Assembly (NCBI GenBank): GCA_910578975.1 | Contig: CAJTRZ010000011.1 | Coordinates: 8,252-72,251 of the forward strand | Reading direction: 5' to 3' | Length of the DNA: 64,000 bases | Source of the DNA: an uncultured Eubacterium sp. | GTDB lineage: Bacteria; Bacillota; Clostridia; Lachnospirales; Lachnospiraceae | Part shown: in pieces, positions 19,155 to 29,816 of the stretch | How the letters are laid out: each line of letters starts with the position of its first letter | How positions within the stretch are numbered: the stretch's first letter is position 1 | The notes under the pieces: model-generated | Database searches by the model: none | What the model saw: only the letters and a program-made list of their open reading frames with translations | Told to the model about the DNA's origin: nothing | Translations under genes and position numbers: made by a program

Positions 19155-20015
19155 CTATTCGGTCTTTGCCTTACAGCCACTGCATCCTTCACATTTACCT
19201 GACGGCTTTAATTCCTCCAGTATCTGACCGACTGTGCGGTTTAATACCGGGTGCTTCCAATACGGTGCAATCTGTTCTAATGGTTCTAATACAAACAACC
19301 TTTTATGCATTTCCACATGTGGTATCTTTAAATCCGGCTCATCAATAATTTCATCTTCATAGAAAATAATATCAATGTCCAAAGTCCTTGGACCCCAGCG
19401 AATATCCCGTATTCTTCCTGACTCCGCCTCTATCTGGTTCACTTTTTCCAATAATTCTTTTGGCGAATACAATGTTTCTATCTCAATGCATCCGTTTAAA
19501 AAATTATCCTGTTCTACCGGTCCATAGGGCTCTGTTTCTATATAATTTGATACAGCATTCACTCTGCAGTTTCCATCATCATACAGGCTGTCCACCGCAC
19601 TATTTAAATACACTTCTTTATCACCGATATTAGAACCTATAGACAATATTGCTTTATTCCATTTTCTGCTGATAGAAACAGCCACATTGCCAAATGGCAG
19701 TCCAATCGGAGCATCCGGTTTATAAATCGAAAAATCTACTGCTCTAAGTCTTGGAAACTCTCTAAGTAACGCTCTTGAAGTCTGCTCTGTTGCTGCTTCA
19801 ATCAGGTTAAATCTATTCTCTGTCATAAACTTTGTAATAAACCCACAGACCTTTGCATAATTCATCGTATCATTTAAATCATCACTAACACCGGAAACTC
19901 TGATATCAGTATACAAGTTTGCATCTATATAAAATTTCTGTCCATTTATTTTTTCAAATTCTTCACAGCCATGGTATGCAAATACCTCTAACTGCATAAT
20001 TTTTATACAATCCAT
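19155..20015 (-). CDS. folBK: Bifunctional dihydroneopterin aldolase / hydroxymethyldihydropterin pyrophosphokinase
   Basis: N-terminal FolB-like LEVFAYHG. C-terminal HPPK motifs (GSNIGD, RWGPRTLDIDI, PHVEMHKR). Confidence 0.9.
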   Translation of the reverse strand: MDCIKIMQLEVFAYHGCEEFEKINGQKFYIDANLYTDIRVSGVSDDLNDTMNYAKVCGFITKFMTENRFNLIEAATEQTSRALLREFPRLRAVDFSIYKPDAPIGLPFGNVAVSISRKWNKAILSIGSNIGDKEVYLNSAVDSLYDDGNCRVNAVSNYIETEPYGPVEQDNFLNGCIEIETLYSPKELLEKVNQIEAESGRIRDIRWGPRTLDIDIIFYEDEIIDEPDLKIPHVEMHKRLFVLEPLEQIAPYWKHPVLNRTVGQILEELKPSGKCEGCSGCKAKTE

Positions 20016-20082
20016 AAATATGCTCCATAATTTTATTTCATATAATAACCAACAGCTTTTATTTTACTCTACAGCACATTTT

Positions 20083-20901
20083 TTATAATAAACCAGATTC
20101 CATAACCGCCTTCGTCATCATCACTGCCTGATAATTTTCTTTTACATCATGAACTCTAAAGATACGGCATCCTCTCTCATATCCCATAACTGTAGTTGCC
20201 GCAGTTCCTGCCATCCGCTCATCCTTGTCCACATCTAATGTCAGTCCAATTACAGATTTTCGCGATGTTCCAAGAAGAATCGGATATCCCAGTTGTTTCA
20301 ATCTGTCCACCTGATGAATTATCATAAGATTCTGCTGATAATCTTTTCCAAATCCCACCCCCGGGTCTAAAATAATCTGAGAATCCTGTACTCCTGCCAT
20401 ATGTGCCATCTCAATTGATTCCTTTAAATCAGACACAACCTCTTCCACGTAAGAATCATATACTGTATTATCTCTATTATGCATCACACACACAGCTACA
20501 CCTGTCTTTGCAACAAGTTCTGCCATATCCTGTGCTCCCCATTTTAATCCCCACACGTCATTTACCATGTCAATGCCTGCATCAATTCCAGCTCTTGCCA
20601 CATTTGTCTTATACGTGTCAAGGGATACACAGACATCAAATCTTTTCTTTATCTCTTCAATCACAGGTACTACTCTGCAAATTTCTTCCTCATCTGAAAT
20701 CAGAGTGTAACCTGGCCTGGTAGACTCTCCACCCACATCAATAATCTTTGCACCATCTGTCATCATCTGTTCTGTATGCTTTAGTGCTGCATCTATATTA
20801 TTCCATTTTCCTCCATCAGAGAATGAATCCGGTGTTACATTTAAAATTCCCATAATTACCGGTTCACTTTCCAAATCAAAGAAATACTTTCCAATCTCCA
20901 T
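20083..20901 (-). CDS. folP: Dihydropteroate synthase
   Basis: GILNVTPDSFSDGG, GGESTRPG, DPGVGFGK. Confidence 0.93.
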   Translation of the reverse strand: MEIGKYFFDLESEPVIMGILNVTPDSFSDGGKWNNIDAALKHTEQMMTDGAKIIDVGGESTRPGYTLISDEEEICRVVPVIEEIKKRFDVCVSLDTYKTNVARAGIDAGIDMVNDVWGLKWGAQDMAELVAKTGVAVCVMHNRDNTVYDSYVEEVVSDLKESIEMAHMAGVQDSQIILDPGVGFGKDYQQNLMIIHQVDRLKQLGYPILLGTSRKSVIGLTLDVDKDERMAGTAATTVMGYERGCRIFRVHDVKENYQAVMMTKAVMESGLL

Positions 20902-20925
20902 TCTGCCTCCTGTTCGTGCCTTTAA

Positions 20926-21480
20926 CTACTTGAATAATGAAATCGTCTCGTTTCTCAACAAAATATTTTCTTCAAACTCTCCTTTTGCCGCAAAAGTAAT
21001 TGTTCTGCTTCCCGGTTTTTTTATTCCTCTGGCAGACATGCACATATGCTCTGCCTCCACCATGACCAGTACTCCTTTTGCGCCCAGACACTCTTCGATA
21101 GCTGCCGCTATCTGATTCGTCATCTGTTCCTGAATCTGAAGCCGTCTTGCATACACTTCAACAGTTCTTGCCAGCTTGCTGATTCCAACTACCTTTCCAT
21201 TCGGAATATAGGCAATATGTGCTTTACCATAAAAAGGCATCAAGTGATGCTCGCACATAGAGTAAAATGTAATATCCTTTTCAATTACTACATTATCATT
21301 GTCGCACGTAAATGTTTTTGACAAATGCTCTACAGGACTCTGGCTCATTCCTGCACACAGTTCTTCATACATCCGTGCGACTCTGTCAGGAGTATCTTTT
21401 AACCCCTCCCTATCTGCATCTTCACCGATACCTTCTAATAATAATTTAATTCCTTGTTCAATTTTTTTCTTATCAAACAT
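20926..21480 (-). CDS. folE: GTP cyclohydrolase I
   Basis: CEHHLMPF and VEAEHMCM motifs. 184 aa. Confidence 0.95.
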   Translation of the reverse strand: MFDKKKIEQGIKLLLEGIGEDADREGLKDTPDRVARMYEELCAGMSQSPVEHLSKTFTCDNDNVVIEKDITFYSMCEHHLMPFYGKAHIAYIPNGKVVGISKLARTVEVYARRLQIQEQMTNQIAAAIEECLGAKGVLVMVEAEHMCMSARGIKKPGSRTITFAAKGEFEENILLRNETISLFK

Positions 21481-21483
21481 CAG

Positions 21484-22809
21484 TCAATCTCTCCTTTCGG
21501 CTTTAACTGCTTGCTTTATATCCTTTAGATGTGATAATGACCCAAAAGCCAAAATCATATCAGTTTGTCCTCTTTTCGCATAATCCATAGCAAATGCAAC
21601 TGCTTTGCTGATATTATCCATATACTGAACATTTTTATGATATACAGACAATGTCTCTGCAAGTTTCTTTCCATCTAAGGCTCTGCTATTATCCGGAGTC
21701 ACAGTTATAATATTTTCTGCTCTGTCGGCAATAAGTTCTGTCTCCTGTGCAAAATCCTTATCAGCCAACACTCCCATTATAAAGGTTATTCTCTTATTTG
21801 TAAAATACAAATCCATACTATTTCGCAATTCTTCCACAGCCCCGGGATTATGTGCACCATCTATAATAAATAAAGGCTTCTCTGAAATAATCTCCATTCT
21901 TCCATTCCACACTGCTTTTGACAATCCCTGCTCTATATACTCTTCTAACTGATAACCATAGCTCTCTAAACAAAGAAGCGTTTCGATAGCGGTGGCTGCA
22001 TTCACACTCTGGTATGTTCCAAGCATCTGTATATTGGTTTGATATTTCTTTCCATTCATTGCTCTGTAAATAATACGATTTTTTACACCCTTCATATCTG
22101 CCGGATTAATCTGGGCTTCTAATTGCGCCTTTCCTGCCTGAATAAATTCCGCTTTTTTTTCTTTTGCTATATTTTTTATTATATTGACTGCACCCTGACT
22201 TTGTTTTGCTATAACTACCGGACAATATGGCTTTATAACACCTGCTTTTACTTGTGCGATTTCTTCTATGGTCTCTCCTAAAAATGCCGTATGATCGAGA
22301 GATATACTTGTTATTACACTGCACAAAACCTGATCAAATACATTCGTAGCATCACTGGCTCCTCCCATACCACATTCTACCAAAACAATGTCACATTTCT
22401 TTCTTTTAAAATACTCAAATGCCATGGCTGTCTCTATTTCAAATGGTGTAGGATGGAAACCATACTTCTCTAAAATCATATCCGCTTTCTCTCGGATTAG
22501 CGTAACAATATCTGCCAGCTCTTGTTTTTCAATATTTTTTCCATTTATCTGAATTATCTCATCATAATCAAACACTGCCGGTGAACTATACCGCCCTGCC
22601 TGATACCCTGCTTTTTCAAGGACACTCTGCAAAAATGCCAGCGTTGAACCTTTTCCATTGGTTCCTGCGATATGAACTACCTTCAATTCCTTTTGGGGAT
22701 TTCCTAATGTATCCAGTAATGTTGTGATACTTTTTAATCCCAGCACACTTCCATACTTATTTACTTCTTTTAAATATCTTCTTGCCTCTGTATAATTCAT
22801 CGCTGTCAC
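21484..22809 (-). CDS. folC: Folylpolyglutamate synthase / dihydrofolate synthase
   Basis: Mur-ligase P-loop HIAGTNGKGST. 441 aa. First gene of the fol operon. Confidence 0.9.
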   Translation of the reverse strand: MTAMNYTEARRYLKEVNKYGSVLGLKSITTLLDTLGNPQKELKVVHIAGTNGKGSTLAFLQSVLEKAGYQAGRYSSPAVFDYDEIIQINGKNIEKQELADIVTLIREKADMILEKYGFHPTPFEIETAMAFEYFKRKKCDIVLVECGMGGASDATNVFDQVLCSVITSISLDHTAFLGETIEEIAQVKAGVIKPYCPVVIAKQSQGAVNIIKNIAKEKKAEFIQAGKAQLEAQINPADMKGVKNRIIYRAMNGKKYQTNIQMLGTYQSVNAATAIETLLCLESYGYQLEEYIEQGLSKAVWNGRMEIISEKPLFIIDGAHNPGAVEELRNSMDLYFTNKRITFIMGVLADKDFAQETELIADRAENIITVTPDNSRALDGKKLAETLSVYHKNVQYMDNISKAVAFAMDYAKRGQTDMILAFGSLSHLKDIKQAVKAERRD

Positions 22810-22833
22810 CTGATATTTATCCTTCCATCAACA

Positions 22834-22872
22834 TTCTAAAATGGCAATGTGCATTTCCTGCACACTGCCATT
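22834..22872 (-). terminator. Terminator after the SH3-domain gene
   Basis: 14-bp stem aatggcaatgtgca / tgcacactgccatt (one mismatch), followed on the minus strand by TTTTAG. Confidence 0.65.
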
Positions 22873-22887
22873 CATTATTTACTCTTT

Positions 22888-23448
22888 TTACTGTTCATTT
22901 TTTAAATATTCTGAGGAAATATATCCCTTAATATCTCCCCATTTAACATAAGTCCACTTGCCTTTTACACCAAGAACTTCCACCTTCTCATTCTTTTCCA
23001 GTACTTCTAGTATCTCTGAATCACCATCAGCCTTTCTGCGGATATTTACTGCATCCTTTGTATACTGAATACCACTGGTACTGCCTGTAACTGCCGGACT
23101 GGTTGTCTCTCCCTGTCCTGTTACCGATGTAGCACTTTCATTATTACTAACTGATTCCTGCTGATTCGTTGTACTGCTTTCAATGACGCTGGTACTTTCA
23201 GAAATCATAGTTTCCTCTGCTGTAGTCACTCCTAAAACAGAAGTCTCCTTCTTCGGATTTGTCTCCACCTCAGTATCCTTCTTAGCCGAACAGGAAGCTG
23301 CAATAATGATAATTACAACAAGCAATGCGATAACACCGCCCAAACCTGCCAATGTCATTTTTCTCTTTTTCATCTGCTGTTCTTTCCTGTATTCAGCATT
23401 CTTCTTTCTCGTTTCTATTAATCTTCTAGTTTCTTCATCGTATGGCAT
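22888..23448 (-). CDS. Membrane-anchored protein with a Ser/Thr-rich linker and a C-terminal bacterial SH3 domain
   Basis: Single TM segment (LAGLGGVIALLVVIIIIAA), a low-complexity S/T/E region, and a C-terminal SH3b-like KGKWTYVKWGDIKGYISSEYL. Confidence 0.7.
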   Translation of the reverse strand: MPYDEETRRLIETRKKNAEYRKEQQMKKRKMTLAGLGGVIALLVVIIIIAASCSAKKDTEVETNPKKETSVLGVTTAEETMISESTSVIESSTTNQQESVSNNESATSVTGQGETTSPAVTGSTSGIQYTKDAVNIRRKADGDSEILEVLEKNEKVEVLGVKGKWTYVKWGDIKGYISSEYLKNEQ

Positions 23449-23459
23449 CTCTCTAACCT

Positions 23460-23780
23460 CTAATGTAAATTCTCTTCCTCATCAATTATCTCATCATACT
23501 CACCGGCTTCTACTAATTCATCGAACGCCTGTGAAGCTAAGAAAAACTCTGCTTCTGTCTCAATGTTATCCAATCCTGGTTCTCCGTCTTCATCTTCGAA
23601 ATATCTATAAATAAATACTTCTCCCTCTTCATTCTCCGGTCCTTCTGTAGGGAGTAATGCAATATAGTCTTTTCCCTCTGCTTCAAATATGCTTACTACA
23701 AGGCAGTCAACCTCGCTGTCATCCTCTAATGTAAGTGTTACAAATAAATCTTCATCCTCTTCAAACTGATTATTTCCCAT
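23460..23780 (-). CDS. DUF1292 family protein
   Basis: Acidic 106-aa protein whose core FVTLTLEDDSEVDC...GKDYIALLP is typical of DUF1292. Confidence 0.75.
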   Translation of the reverse strand: MGNNQFEEDEDLFVTLTLEDDSEVDCLVVSIFEAEGKDYIALLPTEGPENEEGEVFIYRYFEDEDGEPGLDNIETEAEFFLASQAFDELVEAGEYDEIIDEEENLH

Positions 23781-23877
23781 TTTTTCCTCTTTCTGTGCTT
23801 GCGCACTTTTTAATAAGTATAACTTTATCAGAAGTACTGTAAAAATGCAATAATTCGCAGAATATTTAACGAAATAT

Positions 23878-25719
23878 TCACAATATATTTATCACCTCAT
23901 TTAAAAACATTGACGGTTCTACTCTGCACCCCAGATTTTCTGTAACTGCATACACACCAAGTATTTTCTTTGCTCTGGTAACTGCCACATAAAATACCCT
24001 GCGTTCTTCTTCATAATCCCTGTTTCTTACAGCCTTAGATGTCGGTATAATCCCCTGATTGACATCCACAATGAATACGGCATCAAACTCTAATCCTTTT
24101 GCACTGTGCATTGTCATAATTTTTATATTATCTGATTCTACATTTTCCTCATCTGTTTCCTCAATGCTATTAATCCAATCATCCAAAGTATGGTATCTAC
24201 AGCAATCATTTTTAATTTCCTCTAACTGTTTCCTTAAAACAGAAATGCTGATATGTTTTTCTTTAGCATAATCTCTTAAATACTTTTCATATCCAATACC
24301 CTTTTCAATATACAAAACTGCTGCCATAGGTTTTAAATTTGACAGCATTTGTAAATCAAATTCTAGTTTTTCTATATTTTTCTTTATTTCCATACTTTGT
24401 CCATACATTTCTTTTAATTTATGAAAATTCATATTTTCCTGTGCCAATATGTGCCTGCTAATATAGCGAACCGGTTTATTTAATACATATATCAAATCCT
24501 GATTATTACGAAAGTTTGTATTCTGATAACTTAATGATGCCTTCACGTAAGCGATGATGTCTTTTGCCACAACACTCTCGTATATAAACTTTTTACTTTC
24601 TCTTCCATTTGCTATTATCTCTCTGTTATATAAAAATTTCTGTATCTCCGGAATCTGACTATTATTTCTTACAAGAATTGCAATCTCACTTTCAGCAATC
24701 CACACACACTTTAACTTTTTTATTTTCTGAACAATATACTCTAATTCTTCGTATTGTGTTTTAAACAGCTTAATTTCCGGCTCTACATCTCCAACAAAAT
24801 CTGACCGCATATTTTTAATAAACCGATTGCTGTTATTACAAATTAACCTTTCTGATATTTTTACAATCTTTTCACTAGAGCGATAATTTCTATTTAACAT
24901 AATTTTCTCATAACCTACAAAATCTTTTTCAAATTGAAACATTAATTCAGGACATGCTCCTCGAAATCCATAAATAGACTGGTCGTCATCTCCCACAACA
25001 AATATATTATTTTGTGGAAATGCCAGCATCTTTATAATTTCGTACTGCACATAATTAATATCCTGAAATTCATCAATCAAAATATACTCAAAAATCTGCT
25101 GCCATTTCTCAAGTATTTTTGGCTGCTCCTGAAATAACTCATAACATTTTAATAGCATATCATCAAAATCAATTTTATGCTCATATGACAATACTCTTTG
25201 ATATTCTTCAAAAACACCTTGAGATATCTCCTTATTACAGCACTGTGATTCAAAAGAATTTATATCTGTCATTTTACTCTTAATCTTACTAATTTCACTA
25301 GCAAGATTATGAATAAAATCGTTCATGTTACTTGCTTCTATCTTTTTTCTAAGAACAATCTCTCTTAATATCTGAAACTTTACATTCTCTCCTAAAATCT
25401 TTTCTCCTCCATAATTTTTTGTATGTTTCAAAATTCTAAAAAAGATACTATGAAAGGTACCAAAAGAAACCGGATAACTTCCCCTTATCCAGTTCTCTCC
25501 CTGCATAATATGAAAAAACTTTTTTTGCATATGGATTGCAGCTGCTTTTGTAAAAGTAACTACCAAAATTTTTTCTGGTGGCACTCCGCTCTCTATTAAA
25601 TTTTTAATTCTATGGGTAATAACGGTGGTTTTACCTGAACCAGGCCCGGCAAGAACCATCGCCGGACCTTTCTTGTGGCTAACTGCCTTGATTTGATTTT
25701 CATTAAAATTCATATACAC
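23878..25719 (-). CDS. UvrD/Rep/PcrA-family (SF1) ATP-dependent DNA helicase
   Basis: Walker A GPGSGKTT, DEFQD, VGDDDQSIYGFRGA, the C-terminal TMHSAKGLEF and VAVTRAK. Confidence 0.85.
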   Translation of the reverse strand: MYMNFNENQIKAVSHKKGPAMVLAGPGSGKTTVITHRIKNLIESGVPPEKILVVTFTKAAAIHMQKKFFHIMQGENWIRGSYPVSFGTFHSIFFRILKHTKNYGGEKILGENVKFQILREIVLRKKIEASNMNDFIHNLASEISKIKSKMTDINSFESQCCNKEISQGVFEEYQRVLSYEHKIDFDDMLLKCYELFQEQPKILEKWQQIFEYILIDEFQDINYVQYEIIKMLAFPQNNIFVVGDDDQSIYGFRGACPELMFQFEKDFVGYEKIMLNRNYRSSEKIVKISERLICNNSNRFIKNMRSDFVGDVEPEIKLFKTQYEELEYIVQKIKKLKCVWIAESEIAILVRNNSQIPEIQKFLYNREIIANGRESKKFIYESVVAKDIIAYVKASLSYQNTNFRNNQDLIYVLNKPVRYISRHILAQENMNFHKLKEMYGQSMEIKKNIEKLEFDLQMLSNLKPMAAVLYIEKGIGYEKYLRDYAKEKHISISVLRKQLEEIKNDCCRYHTLDDWINSIEETDEENVESDNIKIMTMHSAKGLEFDAVFIVDVNQGIIPTSKAVRNRDYEEERRVFYVAVTRAKKILGVYAVTENLGCRVEPSMFLNEVINIL

Positions 25720-25821
25720 AACCTTTCCGGTTGTGGTCTCTCCATTTTCAGATTAGCACATATTGATTGTAAAGTAAATAGTTCAAATTTGTAATTGGCT
25801 TTCATTAACTACGAAAGATTT

Positions 25822-26595
25822 TTATCTTTGTATATGTATCGTTGCACTAATTGGATAATGATCCGATAAGAATACACCATCTTTCTGGTCTTTCCATAAC
25901 TCCAATTTTTCCAATCGGATATTTTTACTTACGGCAATATAATCTATTTTAGCCGGTTTATCCATTTTACCGAAGTTATGATATGTTCCTGATATTTCCT
26001 CTGTAATATCACATATAATACCACTGTGATTCATTTGTTCAATCTCCGGTGACTCTGGATGAGCATTCATGTCACCACACAATATAATAGGCAGTTTTCC
26101 TATTGCCTTCCATTGTATCAGCGTCTGATGTATCTTATCTAAAACACATTCCATTCCCTGAACTCTTGCTTTACTGCTCTTATGATCTAAATGTGTATTA
26201 ACAATTAAGTATACATCGTTCGTTTCCGTTTCCTTTAACAAAAGTTGTGTTGCAGTTCTTGGATATTTACTCTGCTCCTCGTAACGGCTCCCTGGTAAAT
26301 AAGGCGTATTTGAAAGCCAGTAAGTATCCATACTGACTATCTCAAATCTGTCTTTTCTATATGCTATAGTCATCTGTTCTCCTGTCAAATCTCTCTCTCT
26401 GCCACAACCTACAAGCTGATAGTCTTTTAGCACCTCACTCAGCCACAAAGCCATATGCGGCAGCATCTCCTGAAAACAGACGATATCCGGATTCTTTTCC
26501 AAAAGACATTTTTGAATTATCGGTTTGCGATATTCAAAATTATTTCTTCCGTCCTGCTTATGGTCACATCGAATATTATAAGTAACTATATTCAT
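25822..26595 (-). CDS. Endonuclease/exonuclease/phosphatase (EEP) family protein
   Basis: NIVTYNIR, CFQE, GDMN and SDHYP motifs. I prefer the ATG at 26595 (RBS AAAGG) over 26616. Confidence 0.8.
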   Translation of the reverse strand: MNIVTYNIRCDHKQDGRNNFEYRKPIIQKCLLEKNPDIVCFQEMLPHMALWLSEVLKDYQLVGCGRERDLTGEQMTIAYRKDRFEIVSMDTYWLSNTPYLPGSRYEEQSKYPRTATQLLLKETETNDVYLIVNTHLDHKSSKARVQGMECVLDKIHQTLIQWKAIGKLPIILCGDMNAHPESPEIEQMNHSGIICDITEEISGTYHNFGKMDKPAKIDYIAVSKNIRLEKLELWKDQKDGVFLSDHYPISATIHIQR

Positions 26596-26632
26596 TTTCT
26601 TTACCTTTTCAAACAATATATACTAATATATA

Positions 26633-28090
26633 TTACTCGGACAATAATTCAATTCCTTTTCTGATACGTAAAAGACTTTCTTCCTTTCCAAGTACTTCCA
26701 TAATCTCAAAAGCTCCCGCCGGTGTCATCTGCTTTCCTGATACTGCTGTACGAAGCGGCCATAATGCCTGACCATTTTTGCACTCTTTCTTTGCAATATA
26801 CTCAAATACCACATCATGCAGTGCCTCTGAAGAATAGTCCTCTGTTCCCTCCAATATTGGAAGAAGTTCCTGTAACACTTCCAAAGAATTTTCCGAATTG
26901 GTCTTCATTTTCTTATGAGTATACATTTCCGGACTGTATTCCGGAAGTTCCTCAAAGAAATCTATCATATCGCCAATCTCTGGAAAAATTTCAATACGTG
27001 TTTTTACCATATCCATAATTGTGTTTAAATCTAAATCCTTGTTAATTACTTTACGGACATATGGTTCTGCCATCTCATAAAATTTTGCATTTTCCATTGC
27101 TTTAATATATTCGCCATTCATCCATTTTAACTTCTGAATATCAAATACAGATGGACTTTTATTCACCTTATGATAATCAAAATTTTCTATTAACTCGTCT
27201 AATGAAAATATTTCCTGATTGTCCTCCGGACTCCAGCCAAGAAGTGCAATATAGTTTACAATCGCTTCCGGCAGAAATCCCTGCTCAACCAAATCCTCAT
27301 AAGAAGAATGACCAGAGCGCTTACTTAACTTTTTATGATTTTCGTCTGTAATCAGTGGAAGATGCACATATTTTGGTGAATCCCATCCAAAAGCCTCGTA
27401 AAGTCTCTGATATTTTGGAGATGATGAAATGTACTCATTTCCTCTTACTACATGGGTAATTCCCTGCAAATGGTCATCAATAACATTTGCAAAATTATAT
27501 GTCGGATATCCATCGGACTTAATCAAAATCATATCATCCAGTTCTTTGTTCTCAACTGTAATCTCTCCATATAACTCATCAATAAATGTAGTCGTTCCCT
27601 CTGTCGGCATATTAATACGGATAACATATGGTTTTCCGGCATCCAGATTTGCCTGGATTTCTTCTTTTGACAAATTCAGACAATGCTTATCATAAACTGT
27701 AATTTCTTTCCCATCTTCACCTACAGATGTCTTCAATGAATCCAGTCTCTCCTTATCACAGAAACAGTAATATGCATTTCCACTTTCAATCAACTGTTTC
27801 GCATATTCTAAATAAAGACCCGATGCCTGACGTTCACTCTGAATATAAGGTCCAAATCCTTTATCCTTATCTGGTCCCTCATCATGAATCAGTCCTGTAG
27901 CTTCCAGCGTTCTATAAATTATATCAACTGCACCTTCTACATAACGTTCTCTGTCAGTGTCCTCTATTCTTAAAATAAAATCTCCACCTGCATGTTTCGC
28001 AATTAAAAACTCATAAAGTGCTGTTCTCAAATTTCCTACATGCATTTTTCCTGTAGGGCTTGGTGCAAATCTTGTTCTTACATTTGACAT
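26633..28090 (-). CDS. gltX: Glutamate--tRNA ligase
   Basis: [20 protein letters not shown] (HIGH region) and KLSKR (KMSKS region). 485 aa. Confidence 0.95.
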   Translation of the reverse strand: MSNVRTRFAPSPTGKMHVGNLRTALYEFLIAKHAGGDFILRIEDTDRERYVEGAVDIIYRTLEATGLIHDEGPDKDKGFGPYIQSERQASGLYLEYAKQLIESGNAYYCFCDKERLDSLKTSVGEDGKEITVYDKHCLNLSKEEIQANLDAGKPYVIRINMPTEGTTTFIDELYGEITVENKELDDMILIKSDGYPTYNFANVIDDHLQGITHVVRGNEYISSSPKYQRLYEAFGWDSPKYVHLPLITDENHKKLSKRSGHSSYEDLVEQGFLPEAIVNYIALLGWSPEDNQEIFSLDELIENFDYHKVNKSPSVFDIQKLKWMNGEYIKAMENAKFYEMAEPYVRKVINKDLDLNTIMDMVKTRIEIFPEIGDMIDFFEELPEYSPEMYTHKKMKTNSENSLEVLQELLPILEGTEDYSSEALHDVVFEYIAKKECKNGQALWPLRTAVSGKQMTPAGAFEIMEVLGKEESLLRIRKGIELLSE

Positions 28091-28178
28091 TTTCTGTCTC
28101 CTCTCCTTCTATTTAACTGTTTAACCATCTTGATCTACATTCAATGATGTATTTCTTTTAGCGACAAAATTCCTATTT

Positions 28179-28207
28179 ATTATAATTCTTTTTAATGGTA
28201 TTCGCAA
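28179..28207 (-). promoter_or_regulatory. Putative sigma-A promoter of gltX
   Basis: On the minus strand: TTGCGA, a 17-nt spacer, then TATAAT, about 90 nt upstream of the start codon. Confidence 0.5.
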
Positions 28208-28231
28208 GTATTGGAATAAGTCGATATACAA

Positions 28232-28268
28232 TAAAAATACCAGCGTGAACACACAACTGGTATTTTTG
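28232..28268 (-). terminator. Terminator after the small XRE gene
   Basis: Perfect 10-bp stem aaaataccag / ctggtatttt with a trailing T-run. Confidence 0.8.
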
Positions 28269-28288
28269 TTTATATAGATATTTAACTC

Positions 28289-28519
28289 TCATTCCTCTTC
28301 ACAAATTTCGAAACATTCATCCTGAAAAAATTCCATCAAATTCATTTCTAATCCATTACATATCTTATTCAATGTCGATATCGTAGGATTTGTTCCATTC
28401 ATAATATTCATCAGTGTTGATTTCGGAATCGCAGACCGATACGCAAGGGCATAGTATGACATTCTTTTTTCGAAACATAAATCTTTAATTCTTTTAATAA
28501 CTGCTTCGCTGGAATTCAT
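28289..28519 (-). CDS. Small XRE-family HTH transcriptional regulator (copy A)
   Basis: 76 aa. MSYYALAYRSAIPKSTLMNIMNG..TISTLNKICNGL is an XRE-type HTH. A close paralog lies at 63110..63340. Confidence 0.85.
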   Translation of the reverse strand: MNSSEAVIKRIKDLCFEKRMSYYALAYRSAIPKSTLMNIMNGTNPTISTLNKICNGLEMNLMEFFQDECFEICEEE

Positions 28520-28529
28520 TACGCTCTCC

Positions 28530-28591
28530 TATATATGGTACTAAGGTTATTTTACTAATAAAATTCACTACCTAGGACTATATATGGTACT
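28530..28591 (-). promoter_or_regulatory. Pair of 13-bp direct repeats (TATATATGGTACT) in the XRE copy A promoter region; candidate operator
   Basis: Identical 13-mers at 28530-28542 and 28579-28591, 49 bp apart. The same arrangement and spacing occur upstream of copy B. Confidence 0.5.
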
Positions 28592-28675
28592 TATAAGGCT
28601 ATTATTTTCAAAAATACGTAATTCATCCAAATAAAAAAGACAAAAGTGAATAACTATTCACTTCTGTCTCTACGC

Positions 28676-29251
28676 CTATTTTAAATTATTTAAATATTCC
28701 TTTGCTTCTTCTATTGATTTCTTAAAAGAATCATCTGTTGAGTTATCAAACAGGAATAAATTCTTAATTCCATCTGGAATTGTAAAATTCTGTTTGCTAA
28801 TGTATTCATCCCAGTTTTCTAATTTCCATGTATCTCTGTCTGAGTTACGGTGAATCATTCTCTGCCTGCAAACTTCCTTATCACACTGAACCCACACAAC
28901 TACCAATTCAGCGCCCTTCTTCTTAAGAAGCTCCTGTCTGAGATTTTCCATATAACCAGGTGTTCTCACCTCTCTCGTATATGGTGCATTAATAAATACG
29001 GTATCATTATATTCTAACGCTTCCATCGCTAATTCCATAACACAATCGTATTCTGGATTTCTGATTTCTGCTTCAAAGAAATCTGAACTTCTGTTATATT
29101 CTTGATTTGCTACAACAAAAATCTGTTTTGATAACGTAATTAATGTATCCTTGTCTAAGTATACGCAGTTTGGCATAGCCTTTGCTAATTTTCTTGTGAC
29201 AAATGTCTTTCCACATGCCGGTGGTGATGTTACCAAAATTAATTTCTTCAT
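28676..29251 (-). CDS. P-loop NTPase / small-molecule or nucleotide kinase-like protein
   Basis: Walker A SPPACGKTF near the N-terminus. 191 aa. Resembles zeta-toxin / AAA_33-type kinases; the family is not firmly recognised. Confidence 0.6.
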   Translation of the reverse strand: MKKLILVTSPPACGKTFVTRKLAKAMPNCVYLDKDTLITLSKQIFVVANQEYNRSSDFFEAEIRNPEYDCVMELAMEALEYNDTVFINAPYTREVRTPGYMENLRQELLKKKGAELVVVWVQCDKEVCRQRMIHRNSDRDTWKLENWDEYISKQNFTIPDGIKNLFLFDNSTDDSFKKSIEEAKEYLNNLK

Positions 29252-29816
29252 AATATACCTCCTAATGCCTCTTACAGAAGTGTAAATGTGCCTGTTTAAA
29301 GCACACTCTTTCGTTAAAATATATTTTAACTTTCACCTCATATATCTATTATAGAATTGTTTTCAAATTTAACCCAATTTCTCTATATAATACCACTTTA
29401 TACTATTTTTAGTCAACTAAATAAAAGCAATTATTTTACTTTTATTTTAATTTATTTTTATCGGAATTTTGTTAAACTAATTTTTTAAATTTGTACCTTA
29501 GAAAAAATAGAAAACATACTTTGTATATAAAACAGGAATGGCGTTTCAGAATACTCCGAAACGCCACAAAATTGAAAGGGTTTAGATTATTATGTTACCT
29601 AAAAATCTAATACACTTATAGTTTAAAAATTAAAAATGTTTTTTGCAATAAGACGCAATTACAATTAATTTTTTTGTTAATTTTGTATACTTTCCTGCTT
29701 TAATTTCTTAATTTCATAATTTCATTTAATAACTTTTGCACAATTTTTTTATATAATCACTTTTTTTGCTTTTTTGTATTTTCTAAAAAAAGTAAAAAAA
29801 TGTTTTTATTGGCGGT

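Noticed and set aside
22106-22324. 72-aa minus-strand ORF inside folC, and similar same-strand out-of-frame ORFs (562..744, 9557..9757, 12452..12637, 18190..18423, 53022..53294)
   Set aside because: They are out-of-frame overlaps within strongly supported longer genes, with basic or low-complexity products and no independent signals.
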